NCBI GenBank assembly: GCA_035936415.1
Contig: DASYWD010000015.1
Location: forward strand, 156 to 64,155
Length of the DNA: 64,000 nt
Direction: 5' to 3'
From: Longimicrobiaceae bacterium
Lineage (GTDB): Bacteria; Gemmatimonadota; Gemmatimonadetes; Longimicrobiales; Longimicrobiaceae
Shown piece after piece: positions 8,846 through 19,415 of the stretch (positions within the stretch are counted from its first letter, which is position 1; the number at the start of each line of letters is the position of its first letter). The translations under genes were made by a program, and so were the position numbers. The notes under the pieces are model-generated. The model was not told the DNA's origin and searched no databases. It saw nothing but the letters and a program-made list of their open reading frames with translations.

Positions 8846-10194
8846 CGCGCCGCCCCGGCCGGGACCTCGATCCCGCTGCGCTCCATCCAGGCGGCGAAGT
8901 CGGCCTGCGCGCGCTCGGCGAGCATCGCGCGCTTGCGGGCCTTGTCCTTCACCTGCTCCTCCAGCGGGTCCAGCAGGCCGAAGTTGGAGTTCATCGGCGC
9001 GAAGTGCCTGGGGTCCGAGTCGCGCAGGTAGCGCAGCAGCCCGCCCATCATGGTGGTGGGCGGCGGGACGGCCGGCTCCAGCCCGCGGACGATGCGGTCC
9101 AGGTTGACGGCCGCCAGGATCCCCGTGGCGGTGGACTCGGTGTACCCCTCCACGCCCGTGATCTGCCCGGCGAAGACCAGCTCCGGGCGGTCGCGCAGCG
9201 AGCCGTGGGCGGAGAGGCGCGCGGGGAAGTTCAGGTACGTGTTCCGGTGGATGGAGCCCCAGCGCAGGAACTCCGCCTCCTCCAGCCCCGGGATCATCCG
9301 GAAGATCCGCTTCTGCTCGGGGATGCGGAGCCGCGTCTGGAAGCCCACCATGTTCCACAGGTTCCCGGCCCGGTCCTCCCGGCGGAGCTGCACCACGGCC
9401 CAGGCGCGCTTCCCGTCCCACTGCGGCACCGGGAGGCCCACCGGCTTCATGGGGCCGAAGCGGAGGGTGTCCGTGCCGCGGTGCGCCATGACCTCGATGG
9501 GGAGGCACCCCTCGAAGTAGGGGACGTTCTCCCAGTCGTGGCCCGCGTGCTCCTCGCCACCCCGGAGCGCCTCGATGAACGCCTCGTACTGCTCCTTGGT
9601 CATGGGGCAGTTGAGGTAGTCGCCCTCCTCCGCCTCGCCCTTCCCCCAGCGCGAGGCGCTGAACACCACGTCGCGGTCGATGGAGTCGGCGGAGATCACG
9701 GGGGCGATGGCGTCGAAGAACGCCAGCCCCTCGTCGCCCAGCGCGGCACGGATGGACTCCGAGAGCGCGTCGGAGGTGAGCGGGCCGGTGGCGACGATGG
9801 CCGGCCCCTCCGGGAGCTCGCGGACCTCGTCGCGGACCACGGCGATGCGCGGGTGGCCCTGGACGGCGGCGGTCATCCGCTCCGCGAACTCGCGCCGGTC
9901 CACGGTGAGGGCGGTCCCGCCGGGGATGCGCGACTCGCGGGCGCACGCCAGCAGGAGCGAGCCGCCCGCGCCGAGGGCGTCCATCTCCAGCTTCAGGAGG
10001 CCGTGCGCGTTCTGCGGGTCCTCCGACTTGAAGGTGTTGGAGCAGACGATCTCCCCCAGCAGCTCCGTCTGGTGCGCGGGGGTGCCGCGCACCGGCCGCA
10101 TCTCGTGCAGCGTCACCTCGTGCCCGCGCTCCGCGAGCTGGTACGCCGCCTCCGAGCCCGAGAGCCCGCCTCCGACCACCGTTACCTTCGCCAT
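8842..10194 (-). CDS. trmFO: Methylenetetrahydrofolate--tRNA-(uracil-5-)-methyltransferase TrmFO (Gid)
   Basis: VTVVGGGLSGSEAAYQLA FAD-binding N-terminus. Conserved position between topA and xerC, as in Bacillus. Confidence 0.9.
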   Translation of the reverse strand: MAKVTVVGGGLSGSEAAYQLAERGHEVTLHEMRPVRGTPAHQTELLGEIVCSNTFKSEDPQNAHGLLKLEMDALGAGGSLLLACARESRIPGGTALTVDRREFAERMTAAVQGHPRIAVVRDEVRELPEGPAIVATGPLTSDALSESIRAALGDEGLAFFDAIAPVISADSIDRDVVFSASRWGKGEAEEGDYLNCPMTKEQYEAFIEALRGGEEHAGHDWENVPYFEGCLPIEVMAHRGTDTLRFGPMKPVGLPVPQWDGKRAWAVVQLRREDRAGNLWNMVGFQTRLRIPEQKRIFRMIPGLEEAEFLRWGSIHRNTYLNFPARLSAHGSLRDRPELVFAGQITGVEGYTESTATGILAAVNLDRIVRGLEPAVPPPTTMMGGLLRYLRDSDPRHFAPMNSNFGLLDPLEEQVKDKARKRAMLAERAQADFAAWMERSGIEVPAGAAR

Positions 10195-10220
10195 CCGCGC
10201 TCCTCCCTCTGGACTGCTCG

Positions 10221-12911
10221 CTACGACTTCCTGGGCCGGCGGGTCGTCTTCTTCGCCGGCGTCTTCTTCGCGGCGGACTTCGCCACCGCCGACTTCTTCG
10301 TGGTGGACTTCCGGGCGGTCTTCTTCGCCGGCCCGGAGGCGCCCTTGGCGGCCCGGCCGCCCTTCTTCCCCGCGGCGGCGGCGCGCTCCCGGAGCAGCTC
10401 CACGGCCTGCTCCATCAGCACCTCGTCCACCTCTACACCCTTGGGGAGCGATGCGTTCGTGGACCCGTGCTTCACGTAGGGCCCGTAGCGGCCCTCCATG
10501 ATGACCACGGGCGCGCCGTCCTCCGGGTGCGGCCCCAGCTCCCGCAGCGGGGCGGCGGCGGTGCGCCTGCCGGCCTTGGGCTGCGCCAGGATCTCCAGCG
10601 CGCGCTCCAGGCCGATGGTGTACACGTCCTCGCCCTTGGGGATGGAGCGGAAGTCGCCCTCGTGAACCACGTACGGCCCGAACCGCCCCACGTTGGCCTG
10701 CACCGGCTTCCCGCTCTCCGGGTGGGTGCCCAGGTCACGCGGGAGGGCGAGGAGACGCACGGCCAGCTCCAGCGTCGCCTGCTCCGGGCTCATCCCCTTG
10801 GGGAGCGAGGCGCGCTTGGGCTTGGGGTTCTCGTCCGTGGCCTCGCCCAGCTGCACGTACGGGCCGAAGCGCCCGTTCATCACGAAGATGGGCTCGCCGC
10901 TCTCCGGGTGGCGCCCCAGGCTCTCGGGTCCCTCGGTCTTGGCGCGGACCAGCGACTCCACCTGCGCGCCGGAGAGGTCGGCGGGGGCGACGCCGTCCGG
11001 GATGCTGGCGGTGACGGCCGCGTCGCCGTCGCCCACCTCCACGAAGGGCCCGAACCTGCCGATCCGCACGCGCGCCGGGAGGTCCTGCAGGTGCACCGTG
11101 GAGGCCTCCCGCGGGTCGATGCGCTCCGCCCCCTCGCGCACCTTCTCCTCCAGCCCCTCGGGGCCGCTGAAGAACTCGCGGAGGTAGGGGAGCCACTCCG
11201 CCTCGCCCTCTGCGATCTCGTCGAGCTGCTCCTCCATCCGGGCGGTGAAGCGGGTGTCCACCAGCGTGGGAAAGTTCCGCTCCAGCAGCTCCGTGACCGC
11301 GAAGGCGGTGAAGGTGGGGATGAGCTGGTTCTCCTTCCGCTCCGCGTACCCCCGGTCCACGATGGTGCCGATGATGCTGGCGTAGGTGCTGGGGCGGCCG
11401 ATCCCCTCCGCCTCCAGCGTCTTCACCAGCGTGGCCTCGGTGTAGCGGGCGGGGGGCTGCGTCTCGTGCCCCAGCGCCTCCAGCTCGCGCAGCCGCAGCG
11501 CGTCGCCCTCGCGGAGCGCCGGGAGCGGCTCCTCCCGGTCCTCCAGCGCCGCGTCCGGGTCGTCCGACCCCTCCACGTACGCCCGGAAGAAGCCCGGGAA
11601 CTCGATGCGGCGGCCGGAGGCGCGGAAGGTGGCGTCGTCGGCCTGGATCTGCACCGTGAGGTAGGTGAGGCGAGCGTCCGCCATCTGGCTGGCGACGGTG
11701 CGCTTCCAGATCAGGTCGTACAGGCGCGCCTCCTGGCCGGTGAGCCGCAGCTCTTCGACCGTCCTCATCTCCGTCCCGGCGGGGCGGATGGCCTCGTGGG
11801 CCTCCTGGGCGCCCTTGCTCTTGGTCGTGAACTGCCGCGGCTGGGGGCTCAGGTACGCCTCGCCGTAGCTGGAGCGGATCCGGCCGCGCGCGGCCTTGAT
11901 GGCCTGCTCGGAGAGGTGCACCGAGTCGGTCCGCATGTAGGTGATGTACCCTTCCTCGTACAGCCGCTGCGCGATCCGCATGGTGTCGCGCGAGGAAAGG
12001 CGGAGCTTCCGGTTCGCCTCCTGCTGCAGCGTGGAGGTGGTGAAGGGCGCGGAGGGGCGCCGGACGGTCGGCTTCTCCTCCGTGTCGATCACCTGCCAGG
12101 GCACGTCCAGGAGGCGCTCGCGCAGCGCGCGGGCCTCCGCCTCGCCCAGGAGGACCACGTCGCGGTCGGCGCGCAGCTTCCCGGTGCTCTCGTCGAAGTC
12201 CTTCCCCGTGGCCAGGCGCTTGCCGCGGAGCGCCACCATCGTCGCCCCGAAGGCGACCGCCTCCTTCTGCAGCGTCGCCTTCAGGTCCCAGTACGTCCCG
12301 GAGCGGAAGGCGCGCCGCTCCCGCTCGCGCTGCACCAGGAGCCGCACGGCCACGGACTGCACGCGCCCCGCGGAGAGCCCCCCGGCGATCTTCTTCCAGA
12401 GGAGCGGCGAGAGGGTGTAGCCCACCAGCCGGTCCAGGATGCGCCGCGTCTCCTGCGCCCGCACCACGTCCTCGTCGATCTGCCGGGGGGAGCGTATCGC
12501 GTCGCGGATCGCCTCCGGGGTGATCTCGTGGAAGACGATGCGGGAGATGGGGACGCGCGGGCTGAGCACCTGCACCAGGTGCCAGCCGATGCTCTCCCCC
12601 TCGCGGTCCTCGTCGGTGGCGACCACCAGCTCGTCCACCCCCCGGAGGAGCGACCTGAGCTCGGCGACCACCTTCTTCTTGGAGGCGGGGACCACGTAGA
12701 GCGGCTCGAAGTCGTGCTCCACGTCCACCCCAAGCCGCGCCCAGTCCTTCCCCTTCAGCGAAGGGGGGATCTCGCTCGCGGACTCCGGGAGGTCGCGCAC
12801 GTGCCCCATGGAGGCGGCGACCTGGTACCCGGGCGGGAGGAAGCTCCGGATCGTCTTCGCCTTGGTGGGGGACTCCACCACCACCAGCCGTTTCTTCTGC
12901 GTGGATGCCAT
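10221..12911 (-). CDS. topA: DNA topoisomerase I, with repeat-type (non-zinc) C-terminal domain and Lys-rich tail
   Basis: TOPRIM N-terminus ([13 protein letters not shown]), catalytic region ITYMRTDS. Four GRFGPY/GRYGPY C-terminal repeats. KK/AKK-rich tail. Confidence 0.95.
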   Translation of the reverse strand: MASTQKKRLVVVESPTKAKTIRSFLPPGYQVAASMGHVRDLPESASEIPPSLKGKDWARLGVDVEHDFEPLYVVPASKKKVVAELRSLLRGVDELVVATDEDREGESIGWHLVQVLSPRVPISRIVFHEITPEAIRDAIRSPRQIDEDVVRAQETRRILDRLVGYTLSPLLWKKIAGGLSAGRVQSVAVRLLVQRERERRAFRSGTYWDLKATLQKEAVAFGATMVALRGKRLATGKDFDESTGKLRADRDVVLLGEAEARALRERLLDVPWQVIDTEEKPTVRRPSAPFTTSTLQQEANRKLRLSSRDTMRIAQRLYEEGYITYMRTDSVHLSEQAIKAARGRIRSSYGEAYLSPQPRQFTTKSKGAQEAHEAIRPAGTEMRTVEELRLTGQEARLYDLIWKRTVASQMADARLTYLTVQIQADDATFRASGRRIEFPGFFRAYVEGSDDPDAALEDREEPLPALREGDALRLRELEALGHETQPPARYTEATLVKTLEAEGIGRPSTYASIIGTIVDRGYAERKENQLIPTFTAFAVTELLERNFPTLVDTRFTARMEEQLDEIAEGEAEWLPYLREFFSGPEGLEEKVREGAERIDPREASTVHLQDLPARVRIGRFGPFVEVGDGDAAVTASIPDGVAPADLSGAQVESLVRAKTEGPESLGRHPESGEPIFVMNGRFGPYVQLGEATDENPKPKRASLPKGMSPEQATLELAVRLLALPRDLGTHPESGKPVQANVGRFGPYVVHEGDFRSIPKGEDVYTIGLERALEILAQPKAGRRTAAAPLRELGPHPEDGAPVVIMEGRYGPYVKHGSTNASLPKGVEVDEVLMEQAVELLRERAAAAGKKGGRAAKGASGPAKKTARKSTTKKSAVAKSAAKKTPAKKTTRRPRKS

Positions 12912-12942
12912 TCGCTCGGTTCGTCGCGATGATGCGTCCGCG

Positions 12943-13494
12943 TCACCCGCCGGGGGCGGCGCCGCGCGCTCGGATCTCGTTCTCGATCAGGGAGGCGGCC
13001 GACGCCGCGTCGAGCGCGTCGGTGGACACGGCGAGCGCGGCGAGCCGGTAGAGCGGCTCCCGCTCGGCCAGGAGGCGCCGGACCGCGGCGAGCGGGTCCG
13101 GGACGTCCAGCAGGGGGCGCGCCGCGCGGTCCGGCCCGGCGCGCGAGAGCACCGTCTCGGGGGACACCTGCAGCCACACGGAGAGCGTGCCGGGGCCCAG
13201 CAGCTCCAGGAGCGCCGGGTTGGTGATCCACCCCCCGCCCGGGGAGAGCACCACGCCGCTCCGCCCCGCCACCTCCGCCGTCACCGCCGCTTCCAGGCCG
13301 CGGAAGTACGCCTCCCCGGACTCCCGGAAGATCCGCGGGACCGTCCGCCCCTCCCGCGCCTCGATCTCGCGGTCCAGGTCCAGCGCCTCCCAGCCCAGCC
13401 GCCGCGCCAGCTCCGCGGCCACCGTGCTCTTCCCGGAGCACATGAAGCCCACCAGCACGACCCGCCGGACCGCTCCCCCCTCAGACCGCGACAC
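12943..13494 (-). CDS. aroK: Shikimate kinase
   Basis: Walker [18 protein letters not shown] motifs. GTG start at 13494 is uncertain (other in-frame GTGs lie downstream). Overlaps the aroC stop. Confidence 0.85.
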   Translation of the reverse strand: MSRSEGGAVRRVVLVGFMCSGKSTVAAELARRLGWEALDLDREIEAREGRTVPRIFRESGEAYFRGLEAAVTAEVAGRSGVVLSPGGGWITNPALLELLGPGTLSVWLQVSPETVLSRAGPDRAARPLLDVPDPLAAVRRLLAEREPLYRLAALAVSTDALDAASAASLIENEIRARGAAPGG

Positions 13495-14683
13495 CCCGCT
13501 CCCGGATCCGGTCCAGGTACCCGCGAGCGTTGCGGAGCAGCTCGCCCAGGCTGTCGCCTCCGAACTTCTCCAGCACCGCGCCGGCCAGCACGATCGCCAC
13601 CATCGCCTCCGCCACCACCCCGGCCGCGGGGACCGCGCAAACGTCGGACCGCTCGCGCACGGCGTCGCCCGGCTCGCCGGTGCGCAGGTCCACCGTGCGA
13701 AGGGGGCGCATCAGCGTGGAGATGGGCTTCATGGCGGCCCGCACCACCAGCGGGGCGCCCGTGGTGATCCCCCCCTCCAGCCCCCCGGCGTGGTTGCCGG
13801 TACGGCCGTAGCCGCCCCCGCCGTCCAGGGCCGGGTCGCGGACGATCTCGTCGTGCACGCGGGAGCCGGGGCGCATGGCGGCCTCGAAGCCGAGCCCCAC
13901 CTCCACCCCCTTGATCGCCTGGATGGACATCAGCGCGGCGGCGAGCCGTCCGTCCAGCTTGCGGTCCCAGGAGACGTGCGAGCCCAGCCCCACGGGGACG
14001 CCCCGCGCAACCACCTCCACCACTCCGCCCAGGGTGTCGCCCTCGCGCTTCGCGGCGTCGATCGCGTCGATCATCCGTCCCTCCGCCTCCGGGTCCAGGC
14101 AGCGGACCGGGGAGGGGTCGGAGGCGGCGTTCAGGTCGTCCGGGAGCGCCTCCGGAGGCTCCGCGAGGATCCCCCCGAGCGCCACCACGTGGCTCCCCAC
14201 GGCGATTCCCACCTCCTCGAGGAGGCGCCTCGCCACCGCGCCCGCGGCCACCCGCACGGTGGTCTCGCGGGCGGAGGCACGCTCCAGCACGTCGCGGGCG
14301 TCGGCGCGGTCGTACTTGAGGATCCCCACCAGGTCCGCGTGCCCCGGGCGCGGGAGGTGGACGCGCCGCATCGCCTCCTCGTCGGCGGGCGCCTCCGGGG
14401 GGGCGGCGGACATGGCGACGGTCCAGTTGGCCCAGTCGCGGTTGCGCACCAGGAGCGCGAGCGGCGAGCCGAGCGTCTCCCCGTGGCGCACGCCGGAAAG
14501 GATCTCGGCCCGGTCGGACTCGATCCGCATGCGCCCGCCGCGGCCGTACCCGCCCTGGCGGCGCTGCAGCTCGCGGTCGACGTGCTCCGCCTCCAGGCGC
14601 AGCCCCGCCGGGACCCCCTCGACGACGGCGACCAGCGCCGGGCCGTGCGACTCCCCCGCCGTCGTGAAACGAAACAAGCTCAT
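13481..14683 (-). CDS. aroC: Chorismate synthase
   Basis: [18 protein letters not shown]-terminus (internal ATG of the track ORF), RPGHAD, GGRSSARET-like and GGISNG-like regions. Confidence 0.9.
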   Translation of the reverse strand: MSLFRFTTAGESHGPALVAVVEGVPAGLRLEAEHVDRELQRRQGGYGRGGRMRIESDRAEILSGVRHGETLGSPLALLVRNRDWANWTVAMSAAPPEAPADEEAMRRVHLPRPGHADLVGILKYDRADARDVLERASARETTVRVAAGAVARRLLEEVGIAVGSHVVALGGILAEPPEALPDDLNAASDPSPVRCLDPEAEGRMIDAIDAAKREGDTLGGVVEVVARGVPVGLGSHVSWDRKLDGRLAAALMSIQAIKGVEVGLGFEAAMRPGSRVHDEIVRDPALDGGGGYGRTGNHAGGLEGGITTGAPLVVRAAMKPISTLMRPLRTVDLRTGEPGDAVRERSDVCAVPAAGVVAEAMVAIVLAGAVLEKFGGDSLGELLRNARGYLDRIRERGVAV

Positions 14684-14756
14684 GCCGACAATAAAACACC
14701 GGGGGCCCGGCACGCGCCAGGCCCCCGGCGGGAGGCGAACGGGAAGCGGAGGGCCG

Positions 14757-16541
14757 CTACTGCAGGTCGGCCGCGCCCAGGTCCACGCGGAGCAGCCCGT
14801 CCGCGGTGATCCCGTACACCCGGAGCACCTGGCCGCTCCCCGCGGGCGCCGGGGCCACCACCACCGGCCCGGTGATCAGGTCGCGCAGGAACACCCGGGT
14901 CCGGCGGAAGAAGTTGAAGGTGTCCAGCACGTCCAGGTACGGAGAGCCGTTCTCGTCCCGCCCGGGCACGAAGGCGAGGCGCGAGGCCGCCGGGGTGGAC
15001 GGGTACGCCTGGTGGCCGGGGTGCAACGCCAGGCCGCCGAACGGCGCACCCGTCGTGGTGACGCCCAGGAGGCGCAGGGCGGGGTCGAAGAAGTAGGCCT
15101 GCCGGCCGCGCGCGGCGCCCAGCGTGCCGTCGCGGTTCAGGCCCAGCCCGATGACGCGCTCCGCCGCGTTGTTCACCAGGTCGCGGGTGTCGCCGCTCCG
15201 CACCAGGAGCCCGTCGCCGGCCTCCCGGAAGAGGATGATGCGGCCGGGGTTCACCGCGCCCTCGCCGAAGGCCACGGAGCGGTGGTCGCCGCTCACGCTG
15301 ACGAAGGTGGTGTCCCGGAGCCCGATGTCGTCCAGGTTCAGGTGGTACTCGAACCGGGTCTCGGACCCCAGCCGCAGGAGCTCGGCCCGGACCTCGTCGA
15401 CGAAGCCGGTGAGCCGGACGCCCTCCCGGGTGACCAGGGCCAGGCGGTTCGGCTTGCCCTCGATCAGCCCGGCGTCCAGGGCGTTCACGATGACCATCTT
15501 GCTGGTCTGGTCGCGCCGCGCGTAGTCCACGAACATCTCCACCACGCCGTTGGTCCGCCGCCGGCGGAGGGTCCCCACGGGCGCGGTCCCGGTCGGAACG
15601 GTGGAGTAGAGCAGCTCGCCACCCACCGTCTGCGCGATGAACTGCGGCCGGTCGCTGTAGTCGAAGACGGTCACCTTGGAGGGAACCTGCGCGGCGATCT
15701 TCCGCCGCCGCCCGTCCTCGTCGACCACGTCCACCGAGTCGCTGGTGAAGGGAACGTCGAAGAGGTGGATGTTGGGCGTCTGGATCCGCCGGCTCTCGTC
15801 CTCCGCCAGGGCGCCGGCGGCCAGGTTGACCACCGAGATGTTCGTCCCGCCGCTGTTGGCCACGTAGAGCGTGGCGCTGTCCGGGCTCAGCGCCAGGCCC
15901 CAGGGCTGCGATCCCACGCGGAAGCTGGACCGGGCGCCGGAGCGGAGGTCCAGCACCTCCACCCGGTTCCGGGTGAAGTTGGAAAGGAAGAGCCGCTCCC
16001 CGTCGCTCACCATGTCCACGATCCGGTCGCGCGGGAACTCCAGCGGGATCCGCTGCCCCCGGATGATCGCGGTGGTGATGGCGACGGTGTCGGCGCGGGT
16101 GTTCCCCGCCAGGTCGGTGATCCGCGCCACGACGAACACGCGGGCCGCTTCCGCGGGCCCGGTGGGGACAAGGAGCGCCCGTACCGTGTCCGCGCGCACC
16201 GTGTCCTTCGTGGACCCCATGGTGATGCTCCGGCGGGCGAAGCGCTCCACGTTCCCCCCGGCGGCCACCGAGAAGCCGCTCAGCTCCAGCCCGGCCAGGC
16301 CGTTCGCGTCCGCCACCGCCACGCGGACCGTGAGCGAGTCTCCCGCGGCGATGAGCGCGTCCTCTAGCGGGGCGAGGATGGCGACCGTGGGCGGAAGGGT
16401 GTCCTTCCCTGCCCCGCCGCCGGTGCCCGGGTTCGTCCGCCCGCCGGTCCCGGGGGCGAACAGGTTGTCGCCGCCGCATGCCGCCAGGAGCAGCAGGGCG
16501 AAGGCCGCCAGGAAGGGGGCGGCCCGCCGACGGCTGGCCAT
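14757..16541 (-). CDS. Lipoprotein with an N-terminal Ig-like domain and a YVTN-type beta-propeller region, co-transcribed downstream of pilQ
   Basis: ATG at 16541 is 11 nt after the pilQ stop. Lipobox LLLLAAC|GG. Repeats such as [31 protein letters not shown]. The remainder of the 972-aa track ORF is a shadow over pilQ. Confidence 0.7.
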   Translation of the reverse strand: MASRRRAAPFLAAFALLLLAACGGDNLFAPGTGGRTNPGTGGGAGKDTLPPTVAILAPLEDALIAAGDSLTVRVAVADANGLAGLELSGFSVAAGGNVERFARRSITMGSTKDTVRADTVRALLVPTGPAEAARVFVVARITDLAGNTRADTVAITTAIIRGQRIPLEFPRDRIVDMVSDGERLFLSNFTRNRVEVLDLRSGARSSFRVGSQPWGLALSPDSATLYVANSGGTNISVVNLAAGALAEDESRRIQTPNIHLFDVPFTSDSVDVVDEDGRRRKIAAQVPSKVTVFDYSDRPQFIAQTVGGELLYSTVPTGTAPVGTLRRRRTNGVVEMFVDYARRDQTSKMVIVNALDAGLIEGKPNRLALVTREGVRLTGFVDEVRAELLRLGSETRFEYHLNLDDIGLRDTTFVSVSGDHRSVAFGEGAVNPGRIILFREAGDGLLVRSGDTRDLVNNAAERVIGLGLNRDGTLGAARGRQAYFFDPALRLLGVTTTGAPFGGLALHPGHQAYPSTPAASRLAFVPGRDENGSPYLDVLDTFNFFRRTRVFLRDLITGPVVVAPAPAGSGQVLRVYGITADGLLRVDLGAADLQ

Positions 16542-16552
16542 GAGCGTCTGCA

Positions 16553-18307
16553 CTAGGACTCCTCGACGATGTGGGGGGTGACCATGATGAGCAGGTCGCG
16601 CTTCTGCTCCTGCTTGCGCGAGGTGCGGAACAGGGCGCCCACGAACGGGATGTCCATGAGGAACGGGATCCCGGCGCGGGTGCTGGTGACCTCGGTGACG
16701 GTGAGGCCGCCGATCACGGCGGTCTCGCCGTCGCGCACCATCAGCCGGGTGTCGCCCTGCTGCGTCTGGAAGGAGACGCCGATGTCGCCCGCTGCGGCCA
16801 CGGCCGCGGAGCGCTCCGCGTGGAGCTGCATCAGGACGCGCCGGTCCGCGGTGATCGTGGGGGTGACCCGGAGACGGATCCCGGTCTCCACCAGCTCCGC
16901 GGTGGCGCGCGGCAGCCCCGCCCCGCCCCCTCCGCCCCCACCTCCGCCGGCCACGTCCACCACGCGGATCGGCGTACGCTCGCCCACCCAGATCTCCGCC
17001 TCCTGGTTGTCGAGGGTGGTGATCAGCGGGGCGGCCTGCACGTCCGAGAGCTGCGCCGTCTGGAGCGCGTCCAGGAAGGAGATCAGGGTGTAGCGGCCCA
17101 GCACCAGCGAGATGACGGTCTCCAGCGACGCCCCCACGACGCGCGTGTTGGCGTTGCCGAGCGCGGCGATCGAGTTGCCGCCCAGCAGGACCAGGTCGCT
17201 CCGGGTCAGGTCGCCGGTGAGCTCGCCGGTGACGAGGTCGCGCTCCGGCACGCCCACCAGCCGGTTGAGCGAGTTGCCGCGGGAGTCCTTGAGGTCGTAC
17301 GTGACGCCCAGCTCCTCCACGTTGGAGCGGTTCACGAAGATGATCTTGGTCTGGATCGCCACCTGCGGGGTGCGGATGTCGAGCTGCGGGATGAGCGACT
17401 CGATGTTGCTCACCGCCCCCGCGACGTCCGTGACGATCAGCGTGTTGGTCGTGGGGTTCGTCGCCACGGCGCCGCGCGCGGTCTTCAGCGATTCCAGCGT
17501 CCTGGCGAGCTCCGCCACCGGGACGTAGTTCACCCGGAACGTGCGGGTCACCAGCGGCTCCTGCTCGCGGCGCTGGGCCAGCGCCTCGATCTTGTCCACG
17601 CGGATGATCCCGCTCGGAAGCTCCTCGTGCGCCAGCCCGTTGGCGCGGAGGATGGTCTCCAGCGCCACGTCCCACGGCTGGTTGTTGATCTCCGCGGTGA
17701 CGCGGATCCCCTCCACCCCCGTGCCCGCCACGATGGAGCGGTTCGCGAACTCGGCGATGCTCGCCAGCACGTCGCGGATGTCGGCCTCGTAGAAGCTGAC
17801 CGTCATCCGGCGCTGCTGCCGCGCCTGGGGCTGCTGCGCGGGGGCGGCCGGATGGCGGCGGGGCTCCTCGCGGCGCGCCGCCCGCGGCGCCCCGGAACCG
17901 CTGCTCCAGGGCTCGAAGCCACTCGCGGACGAGGCGAAGGAGATGCGGATCCCCTCAGGGACCCGCGCCACCGTGTACTGCGACGGGCGCGCCAGGTCCA
18001 CGACGACCCGCACCACGTCCGACTCGTACTGGCTGGTGCGCAGCCCGGTCACGCCGCCGCGGTCGATCCCCTGGTACCGCTCGCTGGGGAGCGCGCTCCG
18101 GGCGCCCGCGATGTCCAGCACCACCCGCGGGGGGCCGGAAAGCGGGAAGTCGGTCCAGCGGACGTCGCCGCCCGCCACTTCGATGATCAGCTCCGCCCGC
18201 CCCTCGCGGGGCTCCAGGCGCAGCGTGGTCACGTCCCCGTTGCCGGCCGGCGGGGACGCCGCCACGAGCAGGGGTACGAGGGCCAGGAGTGCCAGCAAGC
18301 GCTTCAT
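16553..18307 (-). CDS. pilQ: Type IV pilus secretin PilQ with an N-terminal AMIN domain
   Basis: Signal peptide; AMIN-like TTLRLEPREGRAELIIEV...PPRVVLDIAG; secretin C-terminus (IPFLMDIPFVGALFR...LLIMVTPHIV). ATGA overlap with pilP. Confidence 0.9.
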   Translation of the reverse strand: MKRLLALLALVPLLVAASPPAGNGDVTTLRLEPREGRAELIIEVAGGDVRWTDFPLSGPPRVVLDIAGARSALPSERYQGIDRGGVTGLRTSQYESDVVRVVVDLARPSQYTVARVPEGIRISFASSASGFEPWSSGSGAPRAARREEPRRHPAAPAQQPQARQQRRMTVSFYEADIRDVLASIAEFANRSIVAGTGVEGIRVTAEINNQPWDVALETILRANGLAHEELPSGIIRVDKIEALAQRREQEPLVTRTFRVNYVPVAELARTLESLKTARGAVATNPTTNTLIVTDVAGAVSNIESLIPQLDIRTPQVAIQTKIIFVNRSNVEELGVTYDLKDSRGNSLNRLVGVPERDLVTGELTGDLTRSDLVLLGGNSIAALGNANTRVVGASLETVISLVLGRYTLISFLDALQTAQLSDVQAAPLITTLDNQEAEIWVGERTPIRVVDVAGGGGGGGGGAGLPRATAELVETGIRLRVTPTITADRRVLMQLHAERSAAVAAAGDIGVSFQTQQGDTRLMVRDGETAVIGGLTVTEVTSTRAGIPFLMDIPFVGALFRTSRKQEQKRDLLIMVTPHIVEES

Positions 18308-18837
18308 TTTCCTCTCCCGTTCTGTGCCGCGTTCTGGACCGGCGAGCCCGCGGGCACCGCCGGAATCGCTCCCTGCGCCTGCTGCTGGGGCCCGGTTGCC
18401 TCCTGCACCGGATCGGGACGCCGCAGCTGCAGCGTCTCACGCCGGATCACTCCGAACTCGTTCACCACCACGTCCACGCGCCGCGGGTGGATGGCCGCGA
18501 CGGTGATCCCCCCCACGCGCTCGCCGACGCGGAGCCGGAACCGCTTCTTGCTGAGCGCGTCCGTGAGCACCGCCACGGAGACCTGGCTATTGGGGCTGTA
18601 GATGACCCCGGTGAGCCGCATGTCCTCCACGCGGTACCCCAGCTCCTCCGGGGTGAGGAGGGAGCGGAAGGGGTCGGGGCGCGCCCCGCGCGGGTACTGG
18701 AAGACTTCGCGGCGGTAGACCAGCGACGGGTCGTCGCCCTTGCTCTGCGCGGACGCCGGCCAGGCGAGCGGGGCCAGCCCGGCCGCCAGCAGGGCCAGGC
18801 GGAGGGCCCTATTCGGATTGCTCCACATGCGCTGCAT
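18304..18837 (-). CDS. pilP: PilP-like pilus assembly protein
   Basis: Position between pilO and pilQ. Signal peptide; RDPF-like RPDPFRSLL; C-terminal beta domain. The start could instead be the ATG at 18828. Confidence 0.6.
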   Translation of the reverse strand: MQRMWSNPNRALRLALLAAGLAPLAWPASAQSKGDDPSLVYRREVFQYPRGARPDPFRSLLTPEELGYRVEDMRLTGVIYSPNSQVSVAVLTDALSKKRFRLRVGERVGGITVAAIHPRRVDVVVNEFGVIRRETLQLRRPDPVQEATGPQQQAQGAIPAVPAGSPVQNAAQNGRGK

Positions 18838-19411
18838 TCTCGGTGGGGGAGATTACGTAGGTCTCGATGGAGAAGCGGGCCTCCACCTTGGGCGCCTGGT
18901 CCGGCGACTCGGTGGGGCGCGCGACGAGGCTCAGGTCCAGCGGGGTCACGATCCGTGGAAGCGACGCGACGCGCGTCAGGAAGTCGCCCACGGAGTGGTA
19001 GGCCCCCAGGACCGCCACGTCGTAGACACGGCGGGTGTAGTAGGCCTCTTCCGTGGCGCCGGTCGGCTGGATCAGGGTGACCTCCACCCCGGTGCGCTGC
19101 GCCTCGGCGGAGATGGCGTCCAGCAGGTCGGGGAGCTCCTCGGAGGAGGGGATCAGCGCCTCCACCGCCTGGAGCTGGTCGCGGTAGAGCGCCAGCTTCC
19201 GCTCCACCTCGGCGGTACCCGAGGTCTGCGCCACGGCGCGGGCCGCCCGGTTCTGAGTCTCCAGCCCCGCCAGCCGGGTCTCGAGCCCGGAGAGCTCCTC
19301 CCGCTTGGGAGAGTACAGGTAGCTGTGGAAGAGGTACGCCAGGCCCAGGACCAGAATGGTCCCGAGGAGAAGCTGCTGCCGCTTCTGCGGATCGATTGCC
19401 GGGAGCGCCAT
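18809..19411 (-). CDS. pilO: PilO-like pilus assembly protein
   Basis: Single N-terminal TM (LLLGTILVLGLAYLF), coiled coil, C-terminal ferredoxin-like part. Synteny pilN-pilO-pilP. Confidence 0.7.
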   Translation of the reverse strand: MALPAIDPQKRQQLLLGTILVLGLAYLFHSYLYSPKREELSGLETRLAGLETQNRAARAVAQTSGTAEVERKLALYRDQLQAVEALIPSSEELPDLLDAISAEAQRTGVEVTLIQPTGATEEAYYTRRVYDVAVLGAYHSVGDFLTRVASLPRIVTPLDLSLVARPTESPDQAPKVEARFSIETYVISPTENAAHVEQSE

Positions 19412-19415
19412 GTTG

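Noticed and set aside
7841-9946. 701-aa ORF suggesting a large fusion recombinase
   Set aside because: The N-terminal half is an out-of-frame overlap with trmFO. A GTG at 8845 overlapping the trmFO stop gives a normal 334-aa XerC.
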